From NCBI GenBank assembly GCA_963663955.1, contig OY760694.1:1158327-1222326 (forward strand): a stretch of DNA of 64,000 nucleotides, written 5' to 3'. The DNA comes from Acidimicrobiia bacterium (GTDB lineage: Bacteria; Actinomycetota; Acidimicrobiia; Spongiisociales; Spongiisociaceae). A program made the translations under genes and the position numbers. Shown piece by piece: positions 9,152 through 19,879 of the stretch. The notes under the pieces were generated by a model that was given only the letters and a program-made list of their open reading frames with translations, did no database searches and had not been told where the DNA came from. Within the stretch, counting starts at the first letter, position 1. Each line of letters opens with the position of its first letter.

Positions 9152-9979
9152 TTACTCCTGCCACCTGACCACCCAGCGTCCGATTCCGGCGACGATCCCA
9201 TCGACTACCACCGCGACAACCCCGACAGAGAACACAATGGATAGGATCTCGGCTGTGGCGGCGTATTGTGCGTATACCCGGATGATTCTTCCTGCCCCGA
9301 TCTGGCCGCCCAGAACCTCGGCGATCGCCTGGAAACCCCACCCGAACGCGAGGGCGACGCGGACAGCGCCCAGCACTTCGGGTATTACAGCCGGCCTGAT
9401 GACTTGGAGGAGAACCCGCGTCGGGCCGGCGCCGAGACTGAGGGCATAGTTGTCGTAATGGTTAGAGATGTTGGTGGTGGCTTGCTGGGTGACTACAGCT
9501 ACCGTCACCATTGTGTAGAAGATGACCATCCCGTTCGTGGCCAGCCGACCCGTACCGAACCAGAGCGACAGGAACGGAAGCAATACCAGCACGGGCACGG
9601 TTCCGACGAACAGCAACGGTGGTTCCGCCAGATTGCGTATTACCCGTACCCGTCCGATCAGGAGGCCGATCGCAAAACCCGCCACAGCACCGGCTGTAAC
9701 ACCGATGAGTACGTTGACAGCCGTATAAGTTAGGTTCTGGATTATTCCGCCACTGCCGAACGAAGCGAATTCCAAAGCACGAATCTCGAAGAGGCCTTGA
9801 CTTAGCGCCTCGAACACCAGAATCGGGGAAGGGATCCTTACCGGTTCTGTCGCTGCCGCGGCCAGCGCCCACACCGCGAGCATGAGAACGAGCCCGAATA
9901 CCGCTAGGACTAATCGCCTAAGAACACTTGACAGTTTGTACCGCCTTACCCCGGTGGCGGTCCTGTATCGAACCCTCAT
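9152..9979 (-). CDS. ABC transporter permease (NitT/TauT type)
   Basis: 275 aa, polytopic membrane protein with a binding-protein-dependent permease signature. Confidence 0.85.
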   Translation of the reverse strand: MRVRYRTATGVRRYKLSSVLRRLVLAVFGLVLMLAVWALAAAATEPVRIPSPILVFEALSQGLFEIRALEFASFGSGGIIQNLTYTAVNVLIGVTAGAVAGFAIGLLIGRVRVIRNLAEPPLLFVGTVPVLVLLPFLSLWFGTGRLATNGMVIFYTMVTVAVVTQQATTNISNHYDNYALSLGAGPTRVLLQVIRPAVIPEVLGAVRVALAFGWGFQAIAEVLGGQIGAGRIIRVYAQYAATAEILSIVFSVGVVAVVVDGIVAGIGRWVVRWQE

Positions 9980-10018
9980 ATCTCGGTGTCCACTTCATCC
10001 CGCTGTATCAGCGCCATC

Positions 10019-10939
10019 CTATGCTGTGAACTCCTCGTGATGGTCGATCCACCATCCGGCGATGTCCATGCGACGGGCGAACCAGACGTTACCCAAGGAC
10101 AGCCCGTGCTCTATGAACTCTCGAAGGGCCGAGGTTCGTCCGGCTTGACCCACGATACGGGGATGTAGACCTACCGACATCATCTTGGGATAGCCGGCCG
10201 CTCCCTCCCGCCATAACTCATCAAGTCCCCGCTTAAGGTAATCAAGGAAGTCGACCGGACTCAAGGTTCCCTGGAGATCGTTGTAGGTGAGACTGTAGGG
10301 CACTACCAAGTGTCGCCGACCTCTGACGGTCACGAAGTAGGGAAAGTCATCATTGTAAGCGTCGGAGTCATATACGAACCCACCGTCCGCAACCACCAGA
10401 TCACGGGTATTAGTTGACGGTCCATACCGGCAGTACCAGGCACGCGGACGTTCTCCCCATGTCCTCTCGAATGATTCTATTGCGAGCCGCATGTGTTCGG
10501 CTTCTTCTTCTCGACTCAACCGCCAATGCTCACTCCATCTCCAGCCATGGGACATGAGATCGTGTCCGGCTGTCTTCGCTACTGTCGCCACTTCGGGATT
10601 CAATTCGAACGCGGCCGCACAGGCGAACATGGTGGCATTGATTCGGTACTCATCGAAGAGTCTCAGCAATCGCCAAATACCGGCCCGGCTACCGTACTCG
10701 TAAATCGTCTCTTGAGCTAGGTTCCTCTTGTCGTCCGGAAAGGGATAACTCTCCTCCCCCCCGTGGTGTTCGTTCCCGCCATCCCCGGCGGGAAACGAGT
10801 ACTCCGACCCCTCCTCGTAGTTCACCACGATGTTCACGGCAACGTGTGCGTCATTTGGCCATCTCACTCTGGGCAATCGGCTACCGTATCCCACCATGTC
10901 TCTTGGTGGTCCCGGTGTGTGGACGAATTCAAAAGCCAT
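10019..10939 (-). CDS. Polysaccharide-deacetylase-family protein (PuuE/allantoinase-like divalent-metal hydrolase)
   Basis: 306 aa with the NodB-like fold motifs VNIVVNYEEG and HGWRW, similar to PuuE/chitooligosaccharide deacetylases. Confidence 0.75.
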   Translation of the reverse strand: MAFEFVHTPGPPRDMVGYGSRLPRVRWPNDAHVAVNIVVNYEEGSEYSFPAGDGGNEHHGGEESYPFPDDKRNLAQETIYEYGSRAGIWRLLRLFDEYRINATMFACAAAFELNPEVATVAKTAGHDLMSHGWRWSEHWRLSREEEAEHMRLAIESFERTWGERPRAWYCRYGPSTNTRDLVVADGGFVYDSDAYNDDFPYFVTVRGRRHLVVPYSLTYNDLQGTLSPVDFLDYLKRGLDELWREGAAGYPKMMSVGLHPRIVGQAGRTSALREFIEHGLSLGNVWFARRMDIAGWWIDHHEEFTA

Positions 10940-10956
10940 CTGCGATCCCTTTCTTA

Positions 10957-11161
10957 GTCCCGATTATTCATGGATGGGGGTTTGGAGGATGAGTGGAGTA
11001 GACCATATTCGCGCCCTGACCAGGCAATACAGCTGCCGGTGTTTCCCGTCCCGGTCCGGTGTGGAGACACACCTGTCCGGTGAACGGTGGGTTTCGCCCA
11101 ATACTCGGGTTGAACTGGCGTTACGCGCCACGGTGTGTGGGAAACCTGAATAATCAGGGGC
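10957..11161 (+). mobile_element. MITE copy A (205 bp, 16-bp TIR, TA flanks)
   Basis: It begins GCCCCGATTATTCA and ends TGAATAATCAGGGG. TA dinucleotides flank it at 10955-56 and 11162-63. It sits between an ABC permease gene and the deacetylase gene, inside an operon. Confidence 0.85.
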
Positions 11162-11238
11162 TAGTGTATGTGACCGGATTGAACGTGTGTTTGCCTTTCC
11201 GCCCACTTGAGGGAGATACTCCTCATACCTGTCGCCCA

Positions 11239-12159
11239 TTACTCGGCCCAGCGGGTCAGCCATATAAGGGTCTTGTTGGCGACGAGGTATGTGACTGCTG
11301 CGAAAAGGATGACCACCAGACCTGTTAGGGCCACGACATCGGTGGAGGCGTAATAGAGTGCGCTCTGGAGGACATGGCCGAGTCCGACCTGCTGTCCCAG
11401 AAACTCCGCCGCTAACGCAGCACTCCAGGAGAACGCCACCGCCAGCAATAGTCCACCTCTTAGTTGAGGGAACGCGGCCGGAAACACAACCCGGGCGTAG
11501 GTACGTATAGGGCTGGCGCCAAGACTTCTAGCGTACTGCGAATAGTGAAGGGGAACATTGCCGATTGCGTTGATCGTGATTGCGAAGAGCAAGATACCGA
11601 CTGCAAAGGCTATAAACGTAAGAACACCAAGTTGGCTATCACCAAACCAGAGGGCGAACAGCGGGATCATTGCGAGCAGAGGCATCATACGAGCCAGGTG
11701 GGCGGGGAAGGTCAACAAACCTCTAGCCACCTTTGACCAAGCGATTAGGAAACCCAATCCAACCCCTGTGACAACCCCTATCGTGTAGCCGGCGATTGTC
11801 CTGAGCATCGTTACGAATGTGTTGTGGCCCAAGCCCAGCGCAGCCCCCCAATTTGTGGGCTCGGCTCCGGTTCTAGTGGATTCGGCGCCTAGGCCCCCCT
11901 GCCAGTAACCCGCGTACTCGATGAAAGCGCGGAAGATGTCCTCAAAGCCGGGAACGCGTTTGAACCCCACGGTTTCACCTAGGACTATCGACGCAGTTTG
12001 CCAGCCTCCGATGATCGTTAGGAACGAGAGGATGGCCAGCGGATGCAGTCGACCGGCTTTGCGCTTGGGACCGGTTCCATCATCCTGAATGGTACTAACG
12101 GACCCTTCCTGACCCGATTGCTGAGTGTCCGGCCCTGTACTGGGCGCCTCGGCACTCAT
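11239..12159 (-). CDS. ABC transporter permease (NitT/TauT type)
   Basis: 306 aa membrane protein with a permease signature. It overlaps the ATPase gene by 4 bp. Confidence 0.85.
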   Translation of the reverse strand: MSAEAPSTGPDTQQSGQEGSVSTIQDDGTGPKRKAGRLHPLAILSFLTIIGGWQTASIVLGETVGFKRVPGFEDIFRAFIEYAGYWQGGLGAESTRTGAEPTNWGAALGLGHNTFVTMLRTIAGYTIGVVTGVGLGFLIAWSKVARGLLTFPAHLARMMPLLAMIPLFALWFGDSQLGVLTFIAFAVGILLFAITINAIGNVPLHYSQYARSLGASPIRTYARVVFPAAFPQLRGGLLLAVAFSWSAALAAEFLGQQVGLGHVLQSALYYASTDVVALTGLVVILFAAVTYLVANKTLIWLTRWAE

Positions 12160-13031
12160 GCGATCTCCAGATCCCCAAAATGTAGTACAACCCTTCGGCG
12201 AATAGCCGATGCTTCCTCGCTAGTGATCATGTAGGTAGAACGAGGCCTTGGCAGGGCAACCGCTACGTCTTCGACGATCCGTCCATCCTTGACGACTAGT
12301 ATGCGATCCCCGAGCGCTAAGGCCTCATCTACATCGTGAGTGATCATGAAGACCGCTCGGTGGCCGCCTTCCGCCCATAGATCAAGCAGTACCTTGTGGA
12401 GTTGTGCCCGACGTAGGTAATCCAATCCGACGAAGGGTTCGTCCATTAGGAATACATCGGGCTCGTTTGCGAATACGGCTGCGATGGCGACCCTCCGTCG
12501 CATCCCTCCCGACAGTTGACGTGGCCAAGCACCGGCAAAGTCCTCTAGACCTACTATCTTCAAATAGCGTTCCACCGTGGCCTTGCGCTCCGGCTTGGGT
12601 ACGCCTCGGGCTTCCAACCCGAAGGAAATGTTGGCGGCCACCCTTCTCCACAAGAACAACGTGTCCCGCTGGAACACCACGCCTCGATCGGGTCCCGGTC
12701 CTTCTACCGGTCTTCCGTTCACAGAGATCTCGCCGTTGGTGGGCTCAATGAACCCGGCAATCAAGTTCAGCAGGGTTGACTTCCCGTGACCGGATGGTCC
12801 GACCACGCAGACGAACTCTCCACGAGCAACCGTGAGGGAGGCGTCTCTCACCGCGGTGAGTTCCTCTCCGGACTCCAAGACGAAGGTCTTGGTAACCGAT
12901 CTGAGTTCGATCGCGGGTGGTGAAGAGGTCCGGGGAGTTGTCGTGCGGCTTCCTGTTGAGTGAACTCGGCCTGCGTCCGTCGCGCCGGGATCAATCTGCG
13001 CCATGTCCCCGACGCTGTCAATTTCCTGCAT
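12156..13031 (-). CDS. ABC transporter ATP-binding protein
   Basis: Walker A GPSGHGKST, ABC signature LSGGMRRR and Walker B FLMDEP are all present. Confidence 0.9.
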   Translation of the reverse strand: MQEIDSVGDMAQIDPGATDAGRVHSTGSRTTTPRTSSPPAIELRSVTKTFVLESGEELTAVRDASLTVARGEFVCVVGPSGHGKSTLLNLIAGFIEPTNGEISVNGRPVEGPGPDRGVVFQRDTLFLWRRVAANISFGLEARGVPKPERKATVERYLKIVGLEDFAGAWPRQLSGGMRRRVAIAAVFANEPDVFLMDEPFVGLDYLRRAQLHKVLLDLWAEGGHRAVFMITHDVDEALALGDRILVVKDGRIVEDVAVALPRPRSTYMITSEEASAIRRRVVLHFGDLEIA

Positions 13032-13336
13032 CTTAAGCTGCCACCTCCCTCCAGGCTGGGCGCGTCCGGAGTGGACTTATCAGGAATCTACTTCGTCCGG
13101 CGGCTTCCCGGGCTGTACTGCGGTTGATAGCAGGTTTGGGTTAGCCGGAATGCAAGTCGACAACACTCTCACCGAGAGCCGCCCTTGTAGGAAGCAATGC
13201 ACCCTTCCTCCCGCTCCGCCGGGAATGCCTCATTGAGAACTTGCGTTCCAATGCGGGAACGAATGACGGAACCCGCAGGGTCCGGTCTCGGACGACCTGC
13301 GGGTTCCACTCCTCAGCCTCTTAGGTTTCTATACGT

Positions 13337-14746
13337 TCAGCAACCGCCTCCAACAGCGGCCTCGAGAATCCGAGCCGCGTCGAGGTAGTTGCGGTTTTCG
13401 TAGTGAGTGGCTGCCATTGTGGCCATCTCGGCGTACGCTCCATCCAAGCTTGACGCCTGCGAAACCATCGAGTCGTACCGGGCGCGTAGATCCACCAGAG
13501 CGTCGTAGATCTCTTCGGCAAGTCCGAACCCCAAGGAAGGATCAATCTCCTGGTCAGCGGGCAGAATACCGCCTTCCTGGGCGGCTTCTATCTGGGGGCG
13601 GTACACGTTCTTGTAGTGGAACGGGTTGTTCTCATCGTCCCAGTATTCGGTCTGTTCCTCGAAGGACTTCATCGGATCGATCTGGCCATAGATGATCCTA
13701 AGGCCGTCTATACCGATCTCGACCGCAGCAGCCGATTCAAGGACAGGAAGGATGTTGGCCAAGGCATGGTCCGTACCTTCGGCTACGTCCTTCTTGATGG
13801 CGTCGATCACTCGGAACATGACGCTCACTACCCGCAGGAAAGTATCGGGATCTTCGGCGTAATGACTTGCCCGAGCACCGAGGCCGGTGTGTCCGATACC
13901 GGTTGCGCCCCGGGGATCGCCAGGCGGAAGCAGGGCGATAAGGTCCGTAGCTCCGAGAATCGGATACCAACCGTCCTGGATCAATTCGGCGTTCTGGGCG
14001 CCTCCCAACGGTTTCACGAAGTCGGCCTGCCCTCCCCGACCGAGGAGTAGCATCCGCGCATCGTCGACCGTGATCAGCTCAGCGAAATCATCAGGTGTGA
14101 CGCCTCCGGCTTCGAAGACCGCATCCACGAAGGAGCGGTGAGACCCGGTGTCATCGATGGCGACTCGCTTGCCGACCATCTGGCCTACCACCTGTTTGAA
14201 GGCATTCTCGTAACTCATACCGGAGGCGACCAGATCAGGAACGGTATCAAGACCGCTGTCCGGGGGAGCGAGGAAGTATAGACCTACATAGGCGTCGCTG
14301 AACGTGATTTGTTGTACATCCGGCGCCCGCAGCATACTCTGTAACTCGTTTGGTCCGTACTGGGTGGTGAAGTCGTAGTCTTCGTTCACCAACAACGCCA
14401 CGATCTGTTCGTACGGGATAGTCGCGAACTTCTCGTTGATGTTGATTCCCACCTCTTCGAACCAGCCTTCGGCCATGGCGTGCGAGTAGATGGTGTGATC
14501 GCCGAACGGCGCCATGCCGAAATTGACGTTCACCCGGGGTATGGCGACATCACACATCGCCAGTAGTTCGTCGGCGGTCATGGGCGGCGCCTCGGTGACC
14601 GCGGTAGTCGCCTGGGTGACTTCCGGCGCCTGTGTGGTTGGCGGGGCGGTAGTCTCGGCGGGTTCGTCCTCGCCGCAGGCCGCCGCCACGAGGGACACGA
14701 TAAGCAACACCGCGAGAATTGGCCATTTATTGAACCATCTTGACAC
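13337..14746 (-). CDS. ABC transporter substrate-binding lipoprotein
   Basis: Signal peptide plus lipobox (LVAAAC). The 469-aa periplasmic binding protein heads the transporter operon. Confidence 0.7.
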   Translation of the reverse strand: MSRWFNKWPILAVLLIVSLVAAACGEDEPAETTAPPTTQAPEVTQATTAVTEAPPMTADELLAMCDVAIPRVNVNFGMAPFGDHTIYSHAMAEGWFEEVGININEKFATIPYEQIVALLVNEDYDFTTQYGPNELQSMLRAPDVQQITFSDAYVGLYFLAPPDSGLDTVPDLVASGMSYENAFKQVVGQMVGKRVAIDDTGSHRSFVDAVFEAGGVTPDDFAELITVDDARMLLLGRGGQADFVKPLGGAQNAELIQDGWYPILGATDLIALLPPGDPRGATGIGHTGLGARASHYAEDPDTFLRVVSVMFRVIDAIKKDVAEGTDHALANILPVLESAAAVEIGIDGLRIIYGQIDPMKSFEEQTEYWDDENNPFHYKNVYRPQIEAAQEGGILPADQEIDPSLGFGLAEEIYDALVDLRARYDSMVSQASSLDGAYAEMATMAATHYENRNYLDAARILEAAVGGGC

Positions 14747-14884
14747 TGAATACCTCCTGTTTTGTAGGTGTCTTACTCCCTTGTTTCAGTCTCCAACACC
14801 GCCGACTCCAAGCCCACCGGAGAGAGGTTCGTTACCGGTTCTCCGACGTTATGGCGGCAGGCGCCGGGTTCACAACGGGCCAAC

Positions 14885-15673
14885 TCAATACGCCATCCAG
14901 CCGCCATCCACAAGAAGGTTGTGTCCTGAGACGAAGGTGCAATCGTCGGATGCAAGATAGAGAGCCGCACCGGCTATGTCGTCGGGTTTGCCGAGCCGGG
15001 AGAACGGAGTACGGGAGTATGAATAGGGGAGTTCGGGGTCAGTCATGTCAGCCTCCCCGGGATGAGTTCCCGTGATGATCCGTCCCGGTGCAACCGCATT
15101 GACCATGATTCCTCGCTTGGCGTAATCAACCGCCAACTGGCGTGTCATTTGGGCAATCCCCGCCTTGCTGACCGCGTAGGCGAAGTATTCGGGCGGTCCG
15201 ATCATTCCATGCTGGGATGACAGATTCACGATGCGTCCCCGGACCTCCCCGACCATCGGCTGATCGATCATTTGCATGATCGCCCTCTTGCAGCAGAAAA
15301 ACTGACCGCGAAGATTGACCGTCATCACCTCATCCCAGTTCTCCACGGTGGTGTCCAGGATGTTGGTGGATTCGAATACCGCAGCGCTGTTAACCATCAC
15401 GTCAAGCCGCCCATACTTCTCGACGGCGCCGCCGACCAGAGCATCTACGCTCTCCCAGTCGCTTACGTCAGCCCGAACGTACTCGGCCTTTCCGCCTTTA
15501 GCCCGAATGGCTTCTACTGTCGGCAGGTCGTCTCCCTCAGGGGCCCAAATAGGCGTCTCACGGATGTCACTTACCACGACGAAGGCGCCCTCGTCCGCAA
15601 AACGGCGGGCGATAGCACGTCCGATACCGGATGCAGCTCCGGTGACGATGGCGGTGCGGTTCTTCAAACGCAT
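14885..15673 (-). CDS. SDR-family oxidoreductase
   Basis: TGAASGIG motif and the catalytic YAVSKAG. Confidence 0.85.
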   Translation of the reverse strand: MRLKNRTAIVTGAASGIGRAIARRFADEGAFVVVSDIRETPIWAPEGDDLPTVEAIRAKGGKAEYVRADVSDWESVDALVGGAVEKYGRLDVMVNSAAVFESTNILDTTVENWDEVMTVNLRGQFFCCKRAIMQMIDQPMVGEVRGRIVNLSSQHGMIGPPEYFAYAVSKAGIAQMTRQLAVDYAKRGIMVNAVAPGRIITGTHPGEADMTDPELPYSYSRTPFSRLGKPDDIAGAALYLASDDCTFVSGHNLLVDGGWMAY

Positions 15674-15710
15674 GGTTGCGGCCTCTCGGGGTCTACTTTG
15701 GTGGACGAAC

Positions 15711-16925
15711 TCATAGTTCTTTGAAGCCGTCGGGCAGCCCGGCGGAATGCGTCATCAGGACTCCACCATCCTCGGTCACCAGCGCGTTGTCCGTGATCCC
15801 AAGCCAACTGTATTTCTCGAACGTGGCGTGATCTTTGAACTCCACCGTCGGGTGGATGTTCACGACCTCCGTGTCCTTCAATACACGGTCGTTGCCTGGA
15901 ACCCATACTCCCTTGATAGCGTCACAGTCAATCCCATGAAGGCTGAACATGGAGTGGGGGTTCGAGGCGTGGGTATATCCCAGGTGGTATTCGGAATGCT
16001 CCACTAGGTAGTCGTGAACTCCCTCGACAAATGCCGACGCCATCGCGCCCGGTTTCATGGCGTCAAGTCCGGCGTTGAGGGAATCAACCGAGAGATCCCA
16101 GAATTCCCGGGCATCGGGGGCGGGGGCGCCGAAGCTGTAGCAGCGCCGGTATTCGAGCCAGTATCCGGTCGGGCCGGCCGATTCGATCCATACAGTGACT
16201 ATGTCGTCCTTATCGATTACCTTGGTCGTGCCGAAGCTGAGCGGCCCGTAGGGCGTGGTCTGAAGCAGTACCATGGGATCTCGGAGTCCGAACTCACGCG
16301 ACACTTTGTGGGACTCCGCGGCAAGTTCTATCTCGGTCATGCCAGGGCGTATGCTTGGCTCCAGGGCTTCATAGATGTCGTTGAAGAGTTCCGAAGTCAC
16401 GCGCAGGTAGTGCAACTCTTCCGCGCTATTGGTGTGCCTGGCGTCCTCGAAGAGTCGGGTGCCGTCTACTATTCGAAGCTCGGGCAGGGTATCCGTTATC
16501 TGCTGGAGATGCCAGGCGGCGAACGAAGCATCGGAGAGGCCGGTTATTCCGACCGTTGCGCTACCCAGACCGTTCGACTTCAACACGTCGGCTATTTCGA
16601 CTCCTGATAGGCCGCTGACCCTGAACTCGCCCGGCCACAAGGCCTGCTCGGCCTGCTCGAGTCCGAACACCTGACCCCCGATGAAAATGGGATCTCCTTC
16701 CGGCAGGATGACCACATGGGTGTCGGCGAGTAGCTGCCACACGTCTGACACCCAGAATGTTCGTCCCCGGTAGCGGATGTCGTCCCGTCCGCAAACCACC
16801 AGAGCGGCCAAACCTTGCTCCGCCATTCCCTCCCGCAGCAGGCCGAGTCGTCGCTCCCGCTCCTCGGGCGTGCTGTGGACGAAGTCGCCGCGTGGCGGTG
16901 GAGCTTTTACAGGGGTCAACGTCAC
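15711..16925 (-). CDS. M24-family peptidase (creatinase/prolidase-like Xaa-Pro peptidase)
   Basis: 404 aa with a creatinase-like N-terminal domain and a pita-bread catalytic domain with conserved metal-ligand positions. Confidence 0.8.
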   Translation of the reverse strand: MTLTPVKAPPPRGDFVHSTPEERERRLGLLREGMAEQGLAALVVCGRDDIRYRGRTFWVSDVWQLLADTHVVILPEGDPIFIGGQVFGLEQAEQALWPGEFRVSGLSGVEIADVLKSNGLGSATVGITGLSDASFAAWHLQQITDTLPELRIVDGTRLFEDARHTNSAEELHYLRVTSELFNDIYEALEPSIRPGMTEIELAAESHKVSREFGLRDPMVLLQTTPYGPLSFGTTKVIDKDDIVTVWIESAGPTGYWLEYRRCYSFGAPAPDAREFWDLSVDSLNAGLDAMKPGAMASAFVEGVHDYLVEHSEYHLGYTHASNPHSMFSLHGIDCDAIKGVWVPGNDRVLKDTEVVNIHPTVEFKDHATFEKYSWLGITDNALVTEDGGVLMTHSAGLPDGFKEL

Positions 16926-17109
16926 CGTGCCATCTCCTCATGCTCTCTCGTGACAGAACTGCCGGTTAGTTCAAAACCGGTCGTCTATTGTCGACAATAC
17001 GCGTTAATACTGTACTGTCGGCAACCCCGAGGCGCAACTGTCGGGTTGTGGACGAGGGACCGATTCGACCGAGGCAATAGCCTTGGATGATTCATGTTGC
17101 GTAGTTGTT

Positions 17110-17958
17110 TCAGGAGGTCTTCGGCGGTCCCTTTCGAATGTGGTAGCGGAAGACCTCGACGTCCGCGTGAGTGGCGGTATCAAAGCTTGGACCATCATGT
17201 AGCCATGTAACGCCCGCTCGTTCGTACTCCTCGATCAGCCCAGGCGCCAAGCCGCTTCGATCAACCATGCCTTCCAGAAAGATAGACACGTCGAATGGCT
17301 TGCCTCTATCGCGGTAACGGTTGGTATATCCCATCACTTCCCGCACATCGCTAGGCGTCATCTGCTCGTCTCCTACCTTCATCGGAAACACGCCGTCCCA
17401 GTGGGCGGCCCGCCGGAATGGTGCTCGATGAGGCCACTTTCCAGCGATCCAGATCGGAATCCGCGGTTGCTGGACAGGGCGTGGTAGGAATGTGAAAGGC
17501 TCGATCCGGTTGTATTTGCCCTGATACCCGTACGGCTGACCGCTCCACATCCCTGCGATGATCTCAAGTCCCTCGTCCAGTTTGGCTGCCCGAATCCGAG
17601 CATCGGGATTCTCTCCGAACGCGTCAAACTCCGTATCGGCGGGGTTACCCAGACCTGCACCGAAGACCAGTCGGCCTCCGGATAACCGGTCGAGTGACGT
17701 TGCTTCGCGAGCAACCTTCCATGGCCTCCTCCGAGCGACCGGGGTGACCATCGGACCGATCCGGATCCGCTTTGTTTTAGTAGCTATCGCAGCCAACGCG
17801 ATCCAAGGATCGGCAATCGAGTTCCGATCCCAAAGCAGGATGTGGTCCCAAAGGAAGAACCCGTCCCAACCGGCCTGATCGGCATGGTCGGCCAACTCCA
17901 TCAAAGTGTTGGGATCCGACAGTGCGCCGAAATTCGGGACGTTCAGAGCGAAACGCAT
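17110..17958 (-). CDS. LLM-class (luciferase-like) flavin/F420-dependent oxidoreductase
   Basis: 282 aa. The N-terminus MRFALNVPNFG...WDGFFLWDH is typical of LLM oxidoreductases. Confidence 0.85.
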   Translation of the reverse strand: MRFALNVPNFGALSDPNTLMELADHADQAGWDGFFLWDHILLWDRNSIADPWIALAAIATKTKRIRIGPMVTPVARRRPWKVAREATSLDRLSGGRLVFGAGLGNPADTEFDAFGENPDARIRAAKLDEGLEIIAGMWSGQPYGYQGKYNRIEPFTFLPRPVQQPRIPIWIAGKWPHRAPFRRAAHWDGVFPMKVGDEQMTPSDVREVMGYTNRYRDRGKPFDVSIFLEGMVDRSGLAPGLIEEYERAGVTWLHDGPSFDTATHADVEVFRYHIRKGPPKTS

Positions 17959-18215
17959 TGCGATGTGATCCTACCGATAGGAATGGTCGGCAATCTTCCG
18001 ATCCTCTGAATGTGTCTCTCTGCCTGCTGGTTAAGTTGCAATGCCGCCCCGGTTGGAGGATTGGGAGGGTGTTGAAAAAGGACGTACAAGGGGTTCGCGC
18101 CAGGTACACAGCATCTAGCTACCAGGCAGTTTGCCGGACTGCGAACCCCGCTAGATCATTGTTCGGTACCCTCCTAGAGTCTGTATCTTGTCGACAATCG
18201 ACATAGGAGTCGAAT

Positions 18216-19502
18216 ATGCCGCTTGAAAAGCCTCGCCACCTGTCCCCAATCCTTACGCGTGCGACCGCCGTCCACGCTGCTCGCGGGGAGGGTGTCCATA
18301 TCATCGATCACCAAGGTAGGAAGTACCTGGACTTCACCTCCGGCATCGGAGTCACCAGCACCGGCCACTGCCATCCGAAGGTGGTTGAAGCGATTAGGAA
18401 ACAGTCCGGGAAGCTGATTCACGGACAGTACACAACCGTTCTCCATCCTCTTCTCGAGGAACTCGCAATTCGCCTGACAGAGGTGCTACCCGGCGAGATC
18501 GACAGCCTGTTCTATGTCAGCGCAGGTACCGAAGCCGTGGAAGCATCGGTCCGTCTGGCCCGCAACGCAACCGGCAAGTCGAATCTGGTGGTGTTCCACG
18601 GCGGGTTCCACGGCCGTACAACAGCCTCGCTATCGATGACCACCTCGAAGACCGGTTACGGAGACGGACTGCAACCCCTGATGGCCGGTGTGTTCGTAGC
18701 GCCGTTTCCTTATGCGTATCGCTATGGATGGGGTATCGAGGAGGCCGTTGACTTCTGCTTGAGGGAATTGGACTTCCTATTCGCGACCCAGACGGCGCCC
18801 AACGAAACCGCCGCAATGGTTGTGGAGCCTGTTCTGGGGGAGGGTGGTTTCGTCCCGGCGCCGGACAGGTTTCTCCAAGGGCTCCGGGAGCGGTGCGATC
18901 TTCATGGAGTTCTTTTGATTGTTGACGAGGTTCAGGCGGGGTTCGGACGCACAGGGAGTTTCTGGGGTCATGACCGTTCTGGTGTCATTCCTGACGTGGT
19001 CATCATGGCCAAGGGACTGGCTTCCGGAATGCCACTCGCTGCCATGGCTGCAAACCTGAAGCTCATGGAGAAGGCTTGGCCCGGATCACAAGGAGGCACC
19101 TACGGCGGGAACGCGGTCGGTTGCGCCGCCGCGCTGGCAACTCTCGATGTCATTCGGGAGGAACGGCTTGTTGACAACGCAGCGACGGTCGGATCCCGGT
19201 TATTGGAAAGCTTGCAGGAAGTAGCCCGGCAACATGAGGTCATCGGTGACGTGCGCGGAAGGGGCTTGATGATCGGGACGGAGTTTTCCCGTCCTGACGG
19301 TACCCCCGATGCTGAAACAGCCGCCAAGGTGCGCTACGAGTGTGAGCGTGGGGGGCTGCTGCTACTCCCATGCGGCGCGTTCGGCCAAGTGGTGAGATGG
19401 TTGCCTCCCTTGATCGTCTCGGAAGCCCAGGTCAAGGAAGCGGTCGGAATATTCGAGGCGGCTATCGCCGAAGTAACCAGTCAGGGACCGCATGAGCGAT
19501 AG
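18216..19502 (+). CDS. Class-III PLP-dependent aminotransferase (GabT/ArgD-like)
   Basis: 428 aa with class-III motifs, including DEVQAGFGRTG and the PLP lysine region. Its TAG stop is formed by the TA target site plus the first G of MITE copy B. Confidence 0.9.
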   Translation: MPLEKPRHLSPILTRATAVHAARGEGVHIIDHQGRKYLDFTSGIGVTSTGHCHPKVVEAIRKQSGKLIHGQYTTVLHPLLEELAIRLTEVLPGEIDSLFYVSAGTEAVEASVRLARNATGKSNLVVFHGGFHGRTTASLSMTTSKTGYGDGLQPLMAGVFVAPFPYAYRYGWGIEEAVDFCLRELDFLFATQTAPNETAAMVVEPVLGEGGFVPAPDRFLQGLRERCDLHGVLLIVDEVQAGFGRTGSFWGHDRSGVIPDVVIMAKGLASGMPLAAMAANLKLMEKAWPGSQGGTYGGNAVGCAAALATLDVIREERLVDNAATVGSRLLESLQEVARQHEVIGDVRGRGLMIGTEFSRPDGTPDAETAAKVRYECERGGLLLLPCGAFGQVVRWLPPLIVSEAQVKEAVGIFEAAIAEVTSQGPHER

Positions 19503-19705
19503 CCCCGATTATTCATGGATAGGGGTTTGGAGGTTGAGTGGATTAGACCATATTCGTACCCTGACCTGGAAATACAGGTATCAGCGTTTTCCCGTCCTAT
19601 CCGGTGTAGAGATTCACCTGTCGGGTGAATGGTGGGATTCTCTCAATACTCGGGTTGAACTGGCGTAACATACCTCGGTGTGTGGGAAACCTGAATAATC
19701 GGGGC
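19502..19705 (+). mobile_element. MITE copy B
   Basis: Same TIRs, TA flanks at 19500-01 and 19706-07. Confidence 0.85.
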
Positions 19706-19879
19706 TAGGTCCGCGTCGGCAAGCCATGTGACCGTTGTCCCGCGGGGGCTAGCCTCGGATTGTTCATGGATGGGGGTGTGAGGGTCGGATGGAGAGGTCA
19801 TGAAACGGGTGAACGCAGTGCTGAAAACAACCGGCGTCGCCTCGGCCTAATGTGTATCGGCTTGTCGGGAACCTTCGGT